Source: a virus. From it: DNA of 39,427 nt. The stretch lies in the IMG/VR virus record IMGVR_UViG_3300045988_156365; one strand, given 5' to 3'. The position numbers were made by a program, and so were the translations under genes. Shown here in pieces: positions 23,444 through 33,296 of the stretch; the first letter of the stretch is position 1, and the number at the start of each line of letters is the position of its first letter. A model generated the notes under the pieces. The model was not told the DNA's origin, ran no database searches, and was given only the letters and a program-made list of their open reading frames with translations.

Positions 23444-25467
23444 TGGCAACATACACCATACGCCTCAACCTTGGGGGAGACGTCATCGAACGTCTTACTC
23501 GTGCCAACGCACTGAGTGACCAACTGGAGCGCAAGACCAACCGCATGTCCCGGAATGGCCGAGGCGGAGGCGGAGGCGGAGGTGGTGTGGCCAACTATCC
23601 GAACCTGCGGCACGGATGGCACGAGCGCATGTCCTCCATGTATGACGTGTCGCGCCGATTCGGCAACCGACATACGCGCGAGGATTTCATGTCCGATGCC
23701 AACCGGGCGTTCGGTTCCATCCGGCGCTTCCGCAAACAGTTCGTGCGCAATTCCTTCACTCCGAGCGGGTGGATGCGAAACGCCGGGAACTTGGTCGGGG
23801 CGGTGTTCGATTCCGCCGCCGCAGTGATAAAGAGCAACCCCGCACTCCTGATAGGTGCGGGCGTTCTCGGTACTGTAGCCGCGGCGTACGCTCTTCCTAA
23901 GCTCATCGGCGGAGGGCTGTATGCCGTGCTGTCCAAAACCTTGAACAGCTCGTCCATGACGGACGCCATATCCAACCGCATGCAGATGGATATGGCACGC
24001 AGAGGGTTGGGATCGGGCTACACCTCGGCGCTGTCTGACGCCACGCGCATGGCGGCCGAATACGGCTATTCTCGCGCAGGCATGCTCTCCATGATAAACA
24101 CCGTGTCGGGCTTCGAAATCGGAGGCACGCAGATCGGCACGGCCATAGCCACGCAGATCGCGCGGCAGGTGGGTAAAGTCGCCCAGATCGGTGGCCGACC
24201 CTATGACATCGTGGGTCTGAACATGCAGCAGTTGTTGGCTGCCGACAAGCCCAACATGCGAGACGTGCGAGAGTTGATCCACGCCGCCCCTATCCTCAAC
24301 AGATACGCCAACGAGGCCATGCAAAGGCGCGGCGTGACAGGGACGAGCCCCTACAACTACCTCCAGGATCGCGCCAACATGCTGCGCGCCCTGCACAGGC
24401 TCGATACGGAGCTCCAACCCCCGTCGGCCGCCGCGGCGCGCGGACAGATCGCCCTCGCCAAGGAGAATTTTTGGATCAACCTCGCGGAGATGGACAAACT
24501 GTGGGAGATCGTCGGCCGGGCTGGAGAGAATATGTTCGACCGCATATCAGCGCGCCTGGACGTATGGTACAACTCGTTCGATCCCAATATGCTCGACCAT
24601 ATCTTCGATGAATTCGTGGATGGCGTCGAGGATGTCTTAAGCGCACTTACCACCCTGTCGCACTGGATTCTCACCATCTCCGACATCATCGGTCTCTTCA
24701 ATCCGTGGAGCTGGGGCGACAAGAGCCGCCGGGACTTGAGATACGAGAAATCGGCCAAGCAGTCGGAATACACGGAGAGACGCAAAGCCGCGACATATCT
24801 GTCCGAGGAGCTGGGAAAGAGGTATGTCGAGGAATACCTTTCTACTCCGGCTGCCCGCAAGGCGTGGGGTTTGGACGAAGGCACCGAGGAGAACCGCGCC
24901 GCGAATCTGAAAGACGCGCGCGACATCCTGCTTAAAAACTTCACCACTACCTTTACGCCCAAGGTGCGGGAAGGACTGGAAGAGTATCCGGGGCATCTTC
25001 CTGCCGAAAACGGGCAGCCCCAGTATGCTACGGGATTGCTTAAGTATAATTACATCCCGTACGAAGTAAACAATGGATTCAGTCTCTTTAATTTCCTAAA
25101 AACAGGTAATTCGAGAAACGTTACCACTGTAACCAAAGGAGAACTATCCATTCAACCTGTAACCTTCCGTACCAATCCTGCGCTCAACGACCGGGAAGTC
25201 AACGAGAATTTCAACCGGGTGACGAAGATTTACGGCGAAGGCGGCGGCGCCAGCGGGAAGGACACCAAGAAGATAGAAGATTTGACAAAGGGATCGAAGT
25301 CGCTCATTATCAACTTCAATGCACCCATTGTGCAGATGCCGACCCAAATAAACACCAATGCCACGCCTGAAAGCATCATGCAGACCATATCCAAACAGAT
25401 CGAAGAGGTGACAATTCGAGGGCTGCAAATAGCCTTCAACAACTCAACACGCACGCTCAATGGCTAA
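23443..25467 (+). CDS. tail tape measure protein
   Basis: 674 aa directly after G/GT. It has a Gly run, predicted helical/TM-like central segments, and a conserved position. Confidence 0.8.
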   Translation: MATYTIRLNLGGDVIERLTRANALSDQLERKTNRMSRNGRGGGGGGGGVANYPNLRHGWHERMSSMYDVSRRFGNRHTREDFMSDANRAFGSIRRFRKQFVRNSFTPSGWMRNAGNLVGAVFDSAAAVIKSNPALLIGAGVLGTVAAAYALPKLIGGGLYAVLSKTLNSSSMTDAISNRMQMDMARRGLGSGYTSALSDATRMAAEYGYSRAGMLSMINTVSGFEIGGTQIGTAIATQIARQVGKVAQIGGRPYDIVGLNMQQLLAADKPNMRDVRELIHAAPILNRYANEAMQRRGVTGTSPYNYLQDRANMLRALHRLDTELQPPSAAAARGQIALAKENFWINLAEMDKLWEIVGRAGENMFDRISARLDVWYNSFDPNMLDHIFDEFVDGVEDVLSALTTLSHWILTISDIIGLFNPWSWGDKSRRDLRYEKSAKQSEYTERRKAATYLSEELGKRYVEEYLSTPAARKAWGLDEGTEENRAANLKDARDILLKNFTTTFTPKVREGLEEYPGHLPAENGQPQYATGLLKYNYIPYEVNNGFSLFNFLKTGNSRNVTTVTKGELSIQPVTFRTNPALNDREVNENFNRVTKIYGEGGGASGKDTKKIEDLTKGSKSLIINFNAPIVQMPTQINTNATPESIMQTISKQIEEVTIRGLQIAFNNSTRTLNG

Positions 25468-26296
25468 AGATCAATATACCGCAAACACAACCCCCAACGA
25501 CACTCCGAGCGACCTCCCGTCCTTGGGGCAAATCCCGGCGTACAAGGCCGTGACGGATGGCATAAGCGCCGTAGAAAAAGCATACCAGGCGGGGTTGAAA
25601 ATAACCCTGGCGGAGGTAGGATTCTGGCGTCAGATCGTTCAGTTCCGCGGCAAGGCCAAGACTTCAGACCCCCAGTATACCGGGATGGCGGACGCCCTAA
25701 AGCAGTCCGGCGACTACAAAACGGCCATACAATCGGTAGATCGCCAGGACGTACAGCGAGATTACGTATTCCGCTGCGGGGATTATTTTCTCCCTATCAA
25801 CCTCACCTACGAAGTGGAAGGGGAAAAGAACGATTCTACCTCCCAGCTCGTCGACGGGGCAGAAATCCTCCAGGTTCTCAACTACAAACCGATGGTCGTA
25901 ACGGTGCGTCTGCGCATTGAACGCAACTTGTCTCGCGTCGACACGGACGCCTCGGCCTCGAACCTTTCCATGCTCGACGCCTTGTCCTATGAGGCATATG
26001 CCGACCAGGGGCTCGACAACACCGATCCCGCGGCCATGGCTATCGCCGACCTCGGCGTGGCTCTTCGGAGTTTGTGGCAGGGGCAGGATGTTTTCAAGAT
26101 CGAGAACAAAGTCCTCAACAACGACCTCGGACTGGAGTGGGTGTACATGAAGAGGTTCAAATATACCCCCAATCCGGGGTCTACCATCGTGGACGTCAGC
26201 ATGACGCTCCACCAAATAAACATGGATGAAAATGCCATCGTATTTACGCAGGAGACGGTAAATACGACCAATCCCGCGGGGGGGGGCGGTAGGTGA
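25460..26296 (+). CDS. tail/baseplate protein (position of Mu gp43 / P2 gpU-X region)
   Basis: 278 aa. It ends ...NPAGGGGR*, with a G9 tract at 26278-26286. Confidence 0.5.
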   Translation: MAKDQYTANTTPNDTPSDLPSLGQIPAYKAVTDGISAVEKAYQAGLKITLAEVGFWRQIVQFRGKAKTSDPQYTGMADALKQSGDYKTAIQSVDRQDVQRDYVFRCGDYFLPINLTYEVEGEKNDSTSQLVDGAEILQVLNYKPMVVTVRLRIERNLSRVDTDASASNLSMLDALSYEAYADQGLDNTDPAAMAIADLGVALRSLWQGQDVFKIENKVLNNDLGLEWVYMKRFKYTPNPGSTIVDVSMTLHQINMDENAIVFTQETVNTTNPAGGGGR

Positions 26297-26306
26297 TGAA
26301 GGTAAT

Positions 26307-27389
26307 TTGTTCAGAGTAGGAAACGAGGTGTTTATCGAGGGGAAGAGCATCGGCCGATTCGCCTCAGTAGACATTACCGAGGAGCGGGATTCCCTCTCGG
26401 GAAGCTGCACCATGACCCTCCCGGTGTATGCCATCGGGTTCCGGCAGGGATTGCCTCCGGCACAGCGCATAAGGGCGGCCTTGGAGGGCATAAACATCAA
26501 GCCCGGAGCCCGCATAGACATCGACGGCTGGTTCTACAACAATGCTCAGTTGGGGCAGCAGTTCGAGAGACTGCGCATTTTCAGCGGCTTCATCCGGCAG
26601 GTCATCGGGGGATTCCCGTCGAAGATCGTATGCGAGGACTACTCTTTCATCCTGCGGTTCGGTACTATAAATCGGGACTGGGTGTCGCGCACGAAGCTAA
26701 AGGACATGGTAGACTATCTATGCCCCATCTCGAACAAGGCATTCGAGGACTACCGCAAGGCACAGGGGTTCGACAACCCGGCGGACTTCCCGGCTCTGTC
26801 TTTCGATTCATCGGATAGTGCGGATGTGGAGTTCGCGTTGCAGACCTTCAAGCTCATATCGCCGTTCGAGGCCCTGTCGAAGCTCATGAATATGTTTACG
26901 CTGTACGGCACTGTGAACACCCAGGGGAAGGTGTATTTCGGTATTGGCGTAAGGGACAAATTCAAGCGCACGGTGACACTGGCCACGAACACCAATGTCA
27001 TCGGCCGCGACATAGTGCCTACCGACGGGCTGTTCGAGAACTACAAAGTGGTGGTAAACGCCCTCATGGCCGACGGTACAAAGTACACCTACGAATACGG
27101 CGATTCCCAAGGCGAGGCACACCGATATTTTGTCCCGGCCAATACGGTATCGCTGACCGAACAGACGGCCAAGAACATAATGGCCCGGTTGAAGGGAACG
27201 CGCAACAAGGGAACCATAAAAACCGTGCTCTATCCGCAGGTTAATATGTTCGACTTTGTGGAGTACACGGACACCATGCTCCCGGAGCTTACGGGAAACT
27301 ACTACGTGATAAGCAGGAATTTGAGCTGCGACACTTCCGACGGATTCATCCAAACCCTGACAGTAACCAACGAAATGTTTATATTATGA
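26307..27389 (+). CDS. baseplate hub protein (P2 gpD / Mu gp44-like by position); no ATG start
   Basis: 360 aa from the TTG at 26307, with an alternative GTG at 26328. The first in-frame ATG is 35 codons in. The frame is open back to 26262, across the G9 tract. Confidence 0.45.
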   Translation: MFRVGNEVFIEGKSIGRFASVDITEERDSLSGSCTMTLPVYAIGFRQGLPPAQRIRAALEGINIKPGARIDIDGWFYNNAQLGQQFERLRIFSGFIRQVIGGFPSKIVCEDYSFILRFGTINRDWVSRTKLKDMVDYLCPISNKAFEDYRKAQGFDNPADFPALSFDSSDSADVEFALQTFKLISPFEALSKLMNMFTLYGTVNTQGKVYFGIGVRDKFKRTVTLATNTNVIGRDIVPTDGLFENYKVVVNALMADGTKYTYEYGDSQGEAHRYFVPANTVSLTEQTAKNIMARLKGTRNKGTIKTVLYPQVNMFDFVEYTDTMLPELTGNYYVISRNLSCDTSDGFIQTLTVTNEMFIL

Positions 27390-28042
27390 AAACATCCGGC
27401 ACTTTCGACGACGAATGCGCCCGTTTGGGAGCGGAATTCGGAACAAAGATGAATGACGGGAAGAGGGTATCGCTCGTCATAGCCACCGTGTCGGCTATAG
27501 ACGAGGATGCCAAAACCTTAGAGGCTGTTGTGGATAATGATAGGATATTCAGCGACATAAGTCTAAACATTTTTCCAAACGGGGGCAACAGTCTCTATAT
27601 TATACCCTCCGTGAATTCTCTTGTGGTGCTGGGGTTCATAGAGGGTTACTCCGAGGTTCCGGTGCTCATAAAAGCCACGAAGATCGACAAGATGGTCGCA
27701 TCGAACGTCGCGGGTACCGAAGAGGAGGGAGAAAGCACTATTTCTTTCGATAAGGACGCCGTGGAAATAATCCGCGGCACCTCTTCTTGGCGGATTGAAA
27801 AAAATAAAATATCTTTCACTGCCGATAAAATTGAAATGGATGGCGGGGAGAACGGGGGGCTTGTGCTGGTAGATGGCGTCACCACGGCGCTCAACAATTT
27901 AGTGACGCAGGTAGGGGATATGTGCACAGTATTCAATGCGCATACCCACGGCGCCCAAGGTGCGTCGCCTCCGGCCACCCCTATGACCGCCCCCTCCCAG
28001 TTCAATAAAGGAGACTACGAAAATACCAAGATAACGCAATGA
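27386..28042 (+). CDS. baseplate central spike / assembly protein V-like
   Basis: 218 aa with a C-terminal FNAHTHGAQGASPPATPM (H-x-H motif typical of gpV/Mu gp45-type spikes). ATGA overlap with the upstream gene. Confidence 0.55.
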   Translation: MKTSGTFDDECARLGAEFGTKMNDGKRVSLVIATVSAIDEDAKTLEAVVDNDRIFSDISLNIFPNGGNSLYIIPSVNSLVVLGFIEGYSEVPVLIKATKIDKMVASNVAGTEEEGESTISFDKDAVEIIRGTSSWRIEKNKISFTADKIEMDGGENGGLVLVDGVTTALNNLVTQVGDMCTVFNAHTHGAQGASPPATPMTAPSQFNKGDYENTKITQ

Positions 28043-28356
28043 CAGACGCAAAATTCGACTTTCAGGCCAACGACATAGTTATATCCAACGGGGGCGTCGA
28101 GTTGGTATCTTTGTGCAGCCAGCAGAACGCCACGCTGATATTTTCCAAGTCGGCGGCAAGTCTTACGAAGCCCCAGTTCGGGGTCGGATTCGAGGACTTC
28201 TACCCCCTGCTGCCCAAGTGGGCGTGGGGTAAGGTTGAGGCCACGGCTGAAAAGCAAATATACGACGACGGAGCCCTCATTGCCCGCGTGAATATCTTTG
28301 AGGAGACAGCCTCGGGAGTTGTGACCGCGGACATACATGCACGATACAAGGAGTAG
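28039..28356 (+). CDS. small baseplate wedge protein (gpW/gp25 or Mu gp46 position)
   Basis: 105 aa with an ATGA overlap. The call is positional. Confidence 0.4.
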   Translation: MTDAKFDFQANDIVISNGGVELVSLCSQQNATLIFSKSAASLTKPQFGVGFEDFYPLLPKWAWGKVEATAEKQIYDDGALIARVNIFEETASGVVTADIHARYKE

Positions 28357-28358
28357 AC

Positions 28359-30179
28359 ATGGCAAAGACGTACACAGTAAAACAGGGAGACACCATCCAG
28401 GACGTGGCATTCAACGTGTCCGGCTCTCTCGCGGGCATAGACCCGATATTGGAGAAAAACACGCCCACGAATATCCCGCCCGCGGACTGGAAGGCCATGC
28501 AGTACCGCCAGGAGCCTCCCGCCAAGAACTTTATGGAATCCTACACTCCGGCGCTGAGGACAAATCAGATTCTCGACGTCGAGGGGATCGACATATACAA
28601 CCTCCAAACCTTGCAGCGGCCTCCCTTCAACTCCTCGATGGACGTGAAGGAAGAGGTGGAGGCGGAAATCTCGCGTCTCTTCAAAGCTACGGCCGAAGGA
28701 GGACGCGCCCTCATATCGGCGCTTGCGCCCGAGGCTATGGGGGCGATGATGAGGAGGAACGGCACCTTTTTGCGCGACACGTTCTACAACAGCCCATATA
28801 CCGTGCAGTGTTTATTCCGCACGCCTCCCAAGTACAAATACATCCCCAACCCTGAATCTATGTCTCGGACAATACTTGACACGTCGGGGGCATTGAATTT
28901 CCCTCGCATCGATATCAAATCCTCCTCAGAAGGCACCATCTCTCTTCTGTTATACAACAATCGGATGGGTGTATATTCATATCCTGTTTTTTGGGACTAT
29001 TTATACAGCGTCGTATTCATTAGCGACGGAGCCAAGGTCTATGCATATATCAACAACAATCTGATAAACTCCCAAAATAAAAATTGGGTTAGTTATGTTT
29101 CTTCATATCTATTTCTTGGTGGATATGGTGTTAATAATCGTCCGGCGGTTGATTTTATGGGGGAGGTGATATGCGCCCGCTGGTTCGACCGCGCACTCAC
29201 AGAGGAGGAAATGACGGCACTCCAAAACGGAGTGCGCCCGCAGGACTATATTGTGCCCCCGGCCTTGAAGCTGTCCTGTGTAGCTGAGTACATACCTCAG
29301 AACCTCATACCCTCTGAGGAGGACAGCTCGAAGCCCGCCATGTGGCTCGACAGCGCCAAGCAGATGCCCCCCGACATCTCTACTCCGCCGCTCCTTCGCA
29401 AGTCTGCCGGGGGTTATGACCTGGTGGTCAATGATAATCCCAAGATAAGCCGCGAGCCGATCTACAAACCCACTTACTACTTCAAGGGCGCCTATACCGC
29501 CAATGGCGCCTTCATGGGACAGCACATATCCACACAGTCGCTCGCCTACGGGACGCTGGAGTGCTACTTCAAAACCGGAGACGACATCCATAATGAGCAG
29601 TGCGTATTCAGCATGGCGGATAATATGGCACTTCCAAGGCTCACAATTATTACCAGCAGATTGAAGTTCGCAACCAACGATTTCTCAGTGAATTATCCCT
29701 GCAAGCCAAACACGACTTATCACGTGGTACTCCGCTATGCTTTACAGGAAAATTTAGGCTACGTCTTTGTAAACGGGATCAAGATTTCGGGGACGTTCAA
29801 ATTGGGTAGTAATATACGACAAAGATACCTCAACCTTGGCATGTACGCCGAAAATATTCCGATCTTGTTGAAGGGCGAAATCTACCACTTCCGCAACTTC
29901 GATACATTTCTGACAGAAGCACAGGCATTGATGCTGTGGAACGGAGGCGATCCCGCGTCGTTCGTGGTAGATGCGGCTATGAAGGCATCCTGCACACAGG
30001 AGTATCTGCCGCAGAACATCCGGCCTCGGAGTGATGATCCCACCAAGGCGGGCTATTGGTGGTCGTCACACAAACAGATGCCCGTTAACGGAGTGCTGGA
30101 ACCCCTGTTGGCGCCGCCCGCGGAGTGGCCGAATACAAACCTCGACTATTACAACTATCCCTCAATAATTAAACAATAA
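28359..30179 (+). CDS. baseplate-associated protein: LysM/gpX-like N-terminus plus two LamG-like (concanavalin-type) repeats
   Basis: N-terminus MAKTYTVKQGDTIQDVAFNVSGSLAGIDPILEKN (LysM / P2 tail-protein-X pattern). Internal duplication: ...ARWFDRALTEEEMTALQNG...SCVAEYIPQNLIPS...AKQMP versus ...FRNFDTFLTEAQALMLWNGG...SCTQEYLPQNIRPR...HKQMP. Confidence 0.5.
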   Translation: MAKTYTVKQGDTIQDVAFNVSGSLAGIDPILEKNTPTNIPPADWKAMQYRQEPPAKNFMESYTPALRTNQILDVEGIDIYNLQTLQRPPFNSSMDVKEEVEAEISRLFKATAEGGRALISALAPEAMGAMMRRNGTFLRDTFYNSPYTVQCLFRTPPKYKYIPNPESMSRTILDTSGALNFPRIDIKSSSEGTISLLLYNNRMGVYSYPVFWDYLYSVVFISDGAKVYAYINNNLINSQNKNWVSYVSSYLFLGGYGVNNRPAVDFMGEVICARWFDRALTEEEMTALQNGVRPQDYIVPPALKLSCVAEYIPQNLIPSEEDSSKPAMWLDSAKQMPPDISTPPLLRKSAGGYDLVVNDNPKISREPIYKPTYYFKGAYTANGAFMGQHISTQSLAYGTLECYFKTGDDIHNEQCVFSMADNMALPRLTIITSRLKFATNDFSVNYPCKPNTTYHVVLRYALQENLGYVFVNGIKISGTFKLGSNIRQRYLNLGMYAENIPILLKGEIYHFRNFDTFLTEAQALMLWNGGDPASFVVDAAMKASCTQEYLPQNIRPRSDDPTKAGYWWSSHKQMPVNGVLEPLLAPPAEWPNTNLDYYNYPSIIKQ

Positions 30180-30184
30180 CCGAT

Positions 30185-30985
30185 ATGTCACTTATAAATA
30201 CCATATGGGGTAACATCCAACGGACGATCCCGGCGATGAACACCAGCAACGCGGGCATCCTGCGCAAGATCGCGGAGGTGGTAGGCACCGTGCTTGACAT
30301 TGTGCGGCTCGAAATCCTGCGCAGCGAACAGACGATAGCCGCGGCCGCGAAGATCGCGCGCGTGACGAGTGAGGCATGGTATGTCGAGAAGGCATACGCC
30401 TATCAGCAGGGCGATCAGGTAGTCGTGGTGAACGAAGCGACGCAAGAGCTGGGCTATGCGACCATAGATGCCACGAAGCAGATAATAAAGCAGGCTTCGA
30501 TGGGGTCTAATCAGGAGGGTTTGTACTACATCAACGTGGCGACGGCCGATGCCAACAACAACGTGGTCTCACTCACGCAGGATCAACTCGATGCGTTCAG
30601 CGCCTACTACCGCAACTTTTGGGGCGTCGGCGCGCAAATACAGGCCGCATCCAATGCTCCGGCCGTCCTTTCGGCCGACAAGCTGTATGTCCGCTTCGAC
30701 AAGTCGTACAACCTCGATGCCATCAAGAACAGCATCAACACGGGGCTGCATGACTTGCAGATGCAACGACGCACGACAAATACTCTGTATATCAACGACA
30801 TAGAAAGTTATCTCTCGGGGTTGAACGGCATCAAGGATGCCTACTTCTCCGAGGTCAAGGTCTCGCAGGAGGGCAGCATCACAACACCGCAGGATGGCAA
30901 GATAGTATTGAGTCCGGGTTATTTCAACTTCAACCCCAATCTGTACGATTTCACCAATAACATTACAATATTCGAGGCTATATGA
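30185..30985 (+). CDS. baseplate J-like protein (positional)
   Basis: 266 aa, preceding the gpI-like and fibre genes as in P2/Mu. Confidence 0.4.
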   Translation: MSLINTIWGNIQRTIPAMNTSNAGILRKIAEVVGTVLDIVRLEILRSEQTIAAAAKIARVTSEAWYVEKAYAYQQGDQVVVVNEATQELGYATIDATKQIIKQASMGSNQEGLYYINVATADANNNVVSLTQDQLDAFSAYYRNFWGVGAQIQAASNAPAVLSADKLYVRFDKSYNLDAIKNSINTGLHDLQMQRRTTNTLYINDIESYLSGLNGIKDAYFSEVKVSQEGSITTPQDGKIVLSPGYFNFNPNLYDFTNNITIFEAI

Positions 30986-31500
30986 TGCGTTTCCGATATA
31001 TTGACATCCCGAAGCTGGTGTTGCAGTTACTCCGGCCGAATTACTCGGTGCGGCGCGACCACAGCTACACGGAGCAGCCGTTTTGGACAACGATAATATA
31101 CCGCTACTGCCTGTCGTTGCTCATGGTGTTGCACGACTATCTGTACAACTACTACATGGTGCGCTCCAAGTGGTACATGATGGCGGCGTGCACACCTACA
31201 TACGGGCAGATCGAAGGCGTATTGCGATACTGGTACGGGGAGTGGGGGCGAATATCCATCACCCCGAGCGGCGCGAGCATATGGCGATCTATGTGGTATG
31301 ATTCGCCAAATCCTCCCGTATACCTGTATGACACTCCCACCCCGAAGGTATACCTTGGACAGGGAGGCACCATCACGGAGCAGCCCATCATTGCGATCCC
31401 GGCTGCCCTGTACAACAACTCAGAGGCATACAGCCAGTTTATCGCAGACGTCAACACGCTCTTCCCCTTTTACATCAAGTATACTATAAAAACTCAATAA
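30982..31500 (+). CDS. baseplate/tail protein (P2 gpI / Mu gp48 position)
   Basis: 172 aa with an ATGA overlap, immediately upstream of tail fibre 1. Confidence 0.35.
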   Translation: MMRFRYIDIPKLVLQLLRPNYSVRRDHSYTEQPFWTTIIYRYCLSLLMVLHDYLYNYYMVRSKWYMMAACTPTYGQIEGVLRYWYGEWGRISITPSGASIWRSMWYDSPNPPVYLYDTPTPKVYLGQGGTITEQPIIAIPAALYNNSEAYSQFIADVNTLFPFYIKYTIKTQ

Positions 31501-31501
31501 T

Positions 31502-32800
31502 ATGGCAGGAATAAAAAATATCAACGTCGTATCGGGCACTGGCAACCCCGTGCAAATGCAGGATTTGCAAAACCTCTGGAGCGCCATCAACTCGCTCCTC
31601 CGATCCACCAAAACGCCCATCTCCATCGTTGCGGGATTCGCCACGGCGAACAGCAGCACCGGGACGAATATTGGCGAAGGCATCATCTGCTATCAAGGAC
31701 AGGCTTACTACCTGGCCGCCAATAGTGCTAAAATAGGCCAGTATCTTTATGCCAACACCATACAGGACGAACAGCGCGTGTATGAAGATGGCACGACGCG
31801 ATACACATATCAGGATTATGTCGTGAATGCTGCGGACAATGCGTCGGCATCGGGCATTGGCACCCTCATAGGGCAGGCCACGGCGACTAACCTCGCAGCA
31901 TGGAAGGTGGGCGTGATAGCCGACGGTTCCGTAACAGCGGCTATGCTGGCCGATGGCGCAGTGACGACGCCAAAGCTCGCAAACGGCGCTGTCACGACGG
32001 CAAATATCGCAGATGGGGCGGTTGGTTACTTGCAGATCGGCACGGAGGCAATCAAGAACGACAACATCCAGGATGGACAGATCACCGGAGACAAAATGGC
32101 CAATAGGTCTATTCCCGGTTCAAAGCTCGTCTCTAAGACCATCACCGGGGCGCAGATTGCAGACAAAACAATTACTGCCGAGAAGATTGCCGATGCGACC
32201 ATCACCGGGACGCAGATTGCGGCGGAATCAATCACGAACGAGGAAATACTCGACTACACGATTGATGCGTCCATGAAAATGGTGCCCTCGTCGGTTGAAG
32301 AATCCTGTATAGCGACAGCAGCGGTCGGCTCGCGCCAGCTACAAGTAGCTTCGGTTACTACTCCCGCCATCAAGGACGGATCAGTTACGGGCGCCAAGAT
32401 CGCAGAGGGCACCATATCCGGGATAAAAATAGAAGACGGTTCTATTCCGGAGAGTAAAATGACCGCTCCGGGAGTACTTTACCTGGAACCGACTACCGTG
32501 GTTCCCAATGCGATGCTATCTAATTACAAATTAAATATCATCAAAATCGGCAACATTGGCAGCACACATGTAAATGCCGTCATGCCTGTGCAACAATTGC
32601 CCGGCACACCTGTTCGAATATTCATAGAACACACCTTTTCAGAGAATGCTGTCGTGGATATAAGACTGTCAAACGTCGGGGTAGTGGTAGGTAATATCAA
32701 CATTTCCAGAAACATTCACGGTATGTATGCCGAAATATTTGTGTACGACGGCCGCGTATTTTACTGGGTTTCGGGCGACGGTAATTATCAAATAGAATAG
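31502..32800 (+). CDS. tail fibre protein 1 with decapeptide repeats
   Basis: 432 aa with ~18 tandem 10-aa repeats of the type xDGAVTxxKLA / ITGxQIAxxS (about nt 31915-32465), followed by a distinct C-terminal domain. Confidence 0.65.
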   Translation: MAGIKNINVVSGTGNPVQMQDLQNLWSAINSLLRSTKTPISIVAGFATANSSTGTNIGEGIICYQGQAYYLAANSAKIGQYLYANTIQDEQRVYEDGTTRYTYQDYVVNAADNASASGIGTLIGQATATNLAAWKVGVIADGSVTAAMLADGAVTTPKLANGAVTTANIADGAVGYLQIGTEAIKNDNIQDGQITGDKMANRSIPGSKLVSKTITGAQIADKTITAEKIADATITGTQIAAESITNEEILDYTIDASMKMVPSSVEESCIATAAVGSRQLQVASVTTPAIKDGSVTGAKIAEGTISGIKIEDGSIPESKMTAPGVLYLEPTTVVPNAMLSNYKLNIIKIGNIGSTHVNAVMPVQQLPGTPVRIFIEHTFSENAVVDIRLSNVGVVVGNINISRNIHGMYAEIFVYDGRVFYWVSGDGNYQIE

Positions 32801-32804
32801 GATA

Positions 32805-33296
32805 ATGGACACCTTATTGAAATGGATCATGGCTGTGGTGGGAAGCCTGCTGTCGTTGTTCGCGCCCGTGACGCCGCTTGTGCTCTGCGCCTTGACATTC
32901 GTCATGATAGACTTCGTGATGGGTATACTGGCCGGGCGCAAGAGGGCGGCTCGGCAGCATAAGGACTGGTATTTCTCCAGCGACAAGGCGTGGAAAACGG
33001 TCATCAAACTTACGTGCATTGTCGTTGGGATCGGCATGTGCCACCTTATAGACACTCAAATCATCGACTTCATGAACTTGCACCTGGCCAAGCTCTTCAC
33101 GGGCATGGTATGCGGCATCGAAATGTGGTCGTATTTGGAGAATGCCATGGAAATATCCGACGCTCCGGTATTCCGATCCCTTCAAAAATACGTGGGAAAG
33201 AAGATGAAGGATGAAGTAGGTATTGATATTGAAAACGCCCCGCAGGCTCCGGCCGACGGGGGTAATAACGTCAAACATAAAAAAAATGTGATATGA
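32805..33296 (+). CDS. holin (phage_holin_4_1 / LL-H-type family)
   Basis: 163 aa with 3-4 TM helices. MIDFVMGILAG and GIEMWSYLENA match the family pattern (D..tG...a ... E..Si.EN). Confidence 0.7.
   Translation: MDTLLKWIMAVVGSLLSLFAPVTPLVLCALTFVMIDFVMGILAGRKRAARQHKDWYFSSDKAWKTVIKLTCIVVGIGMCHLIDTQIIDFMNLHLAKLFTGMVCGIEMWSYLENAMEISDAPVFRSLQKYVGKKMKDEVGIDIENAPQAPADGGNNVKHKKNVI

Noticed and set aside
23559-23590. A GGC/GGA triplet repeat in the tape measure gene (encoding GRGGGGGGGV) as a possible variable locus.
   Set aside because: It is a short, imperfect codon-level repeat, and slippage would be in-frame. Gly runs are common in tape measure proteins. It is not a homopolymer like the G9 tracts.
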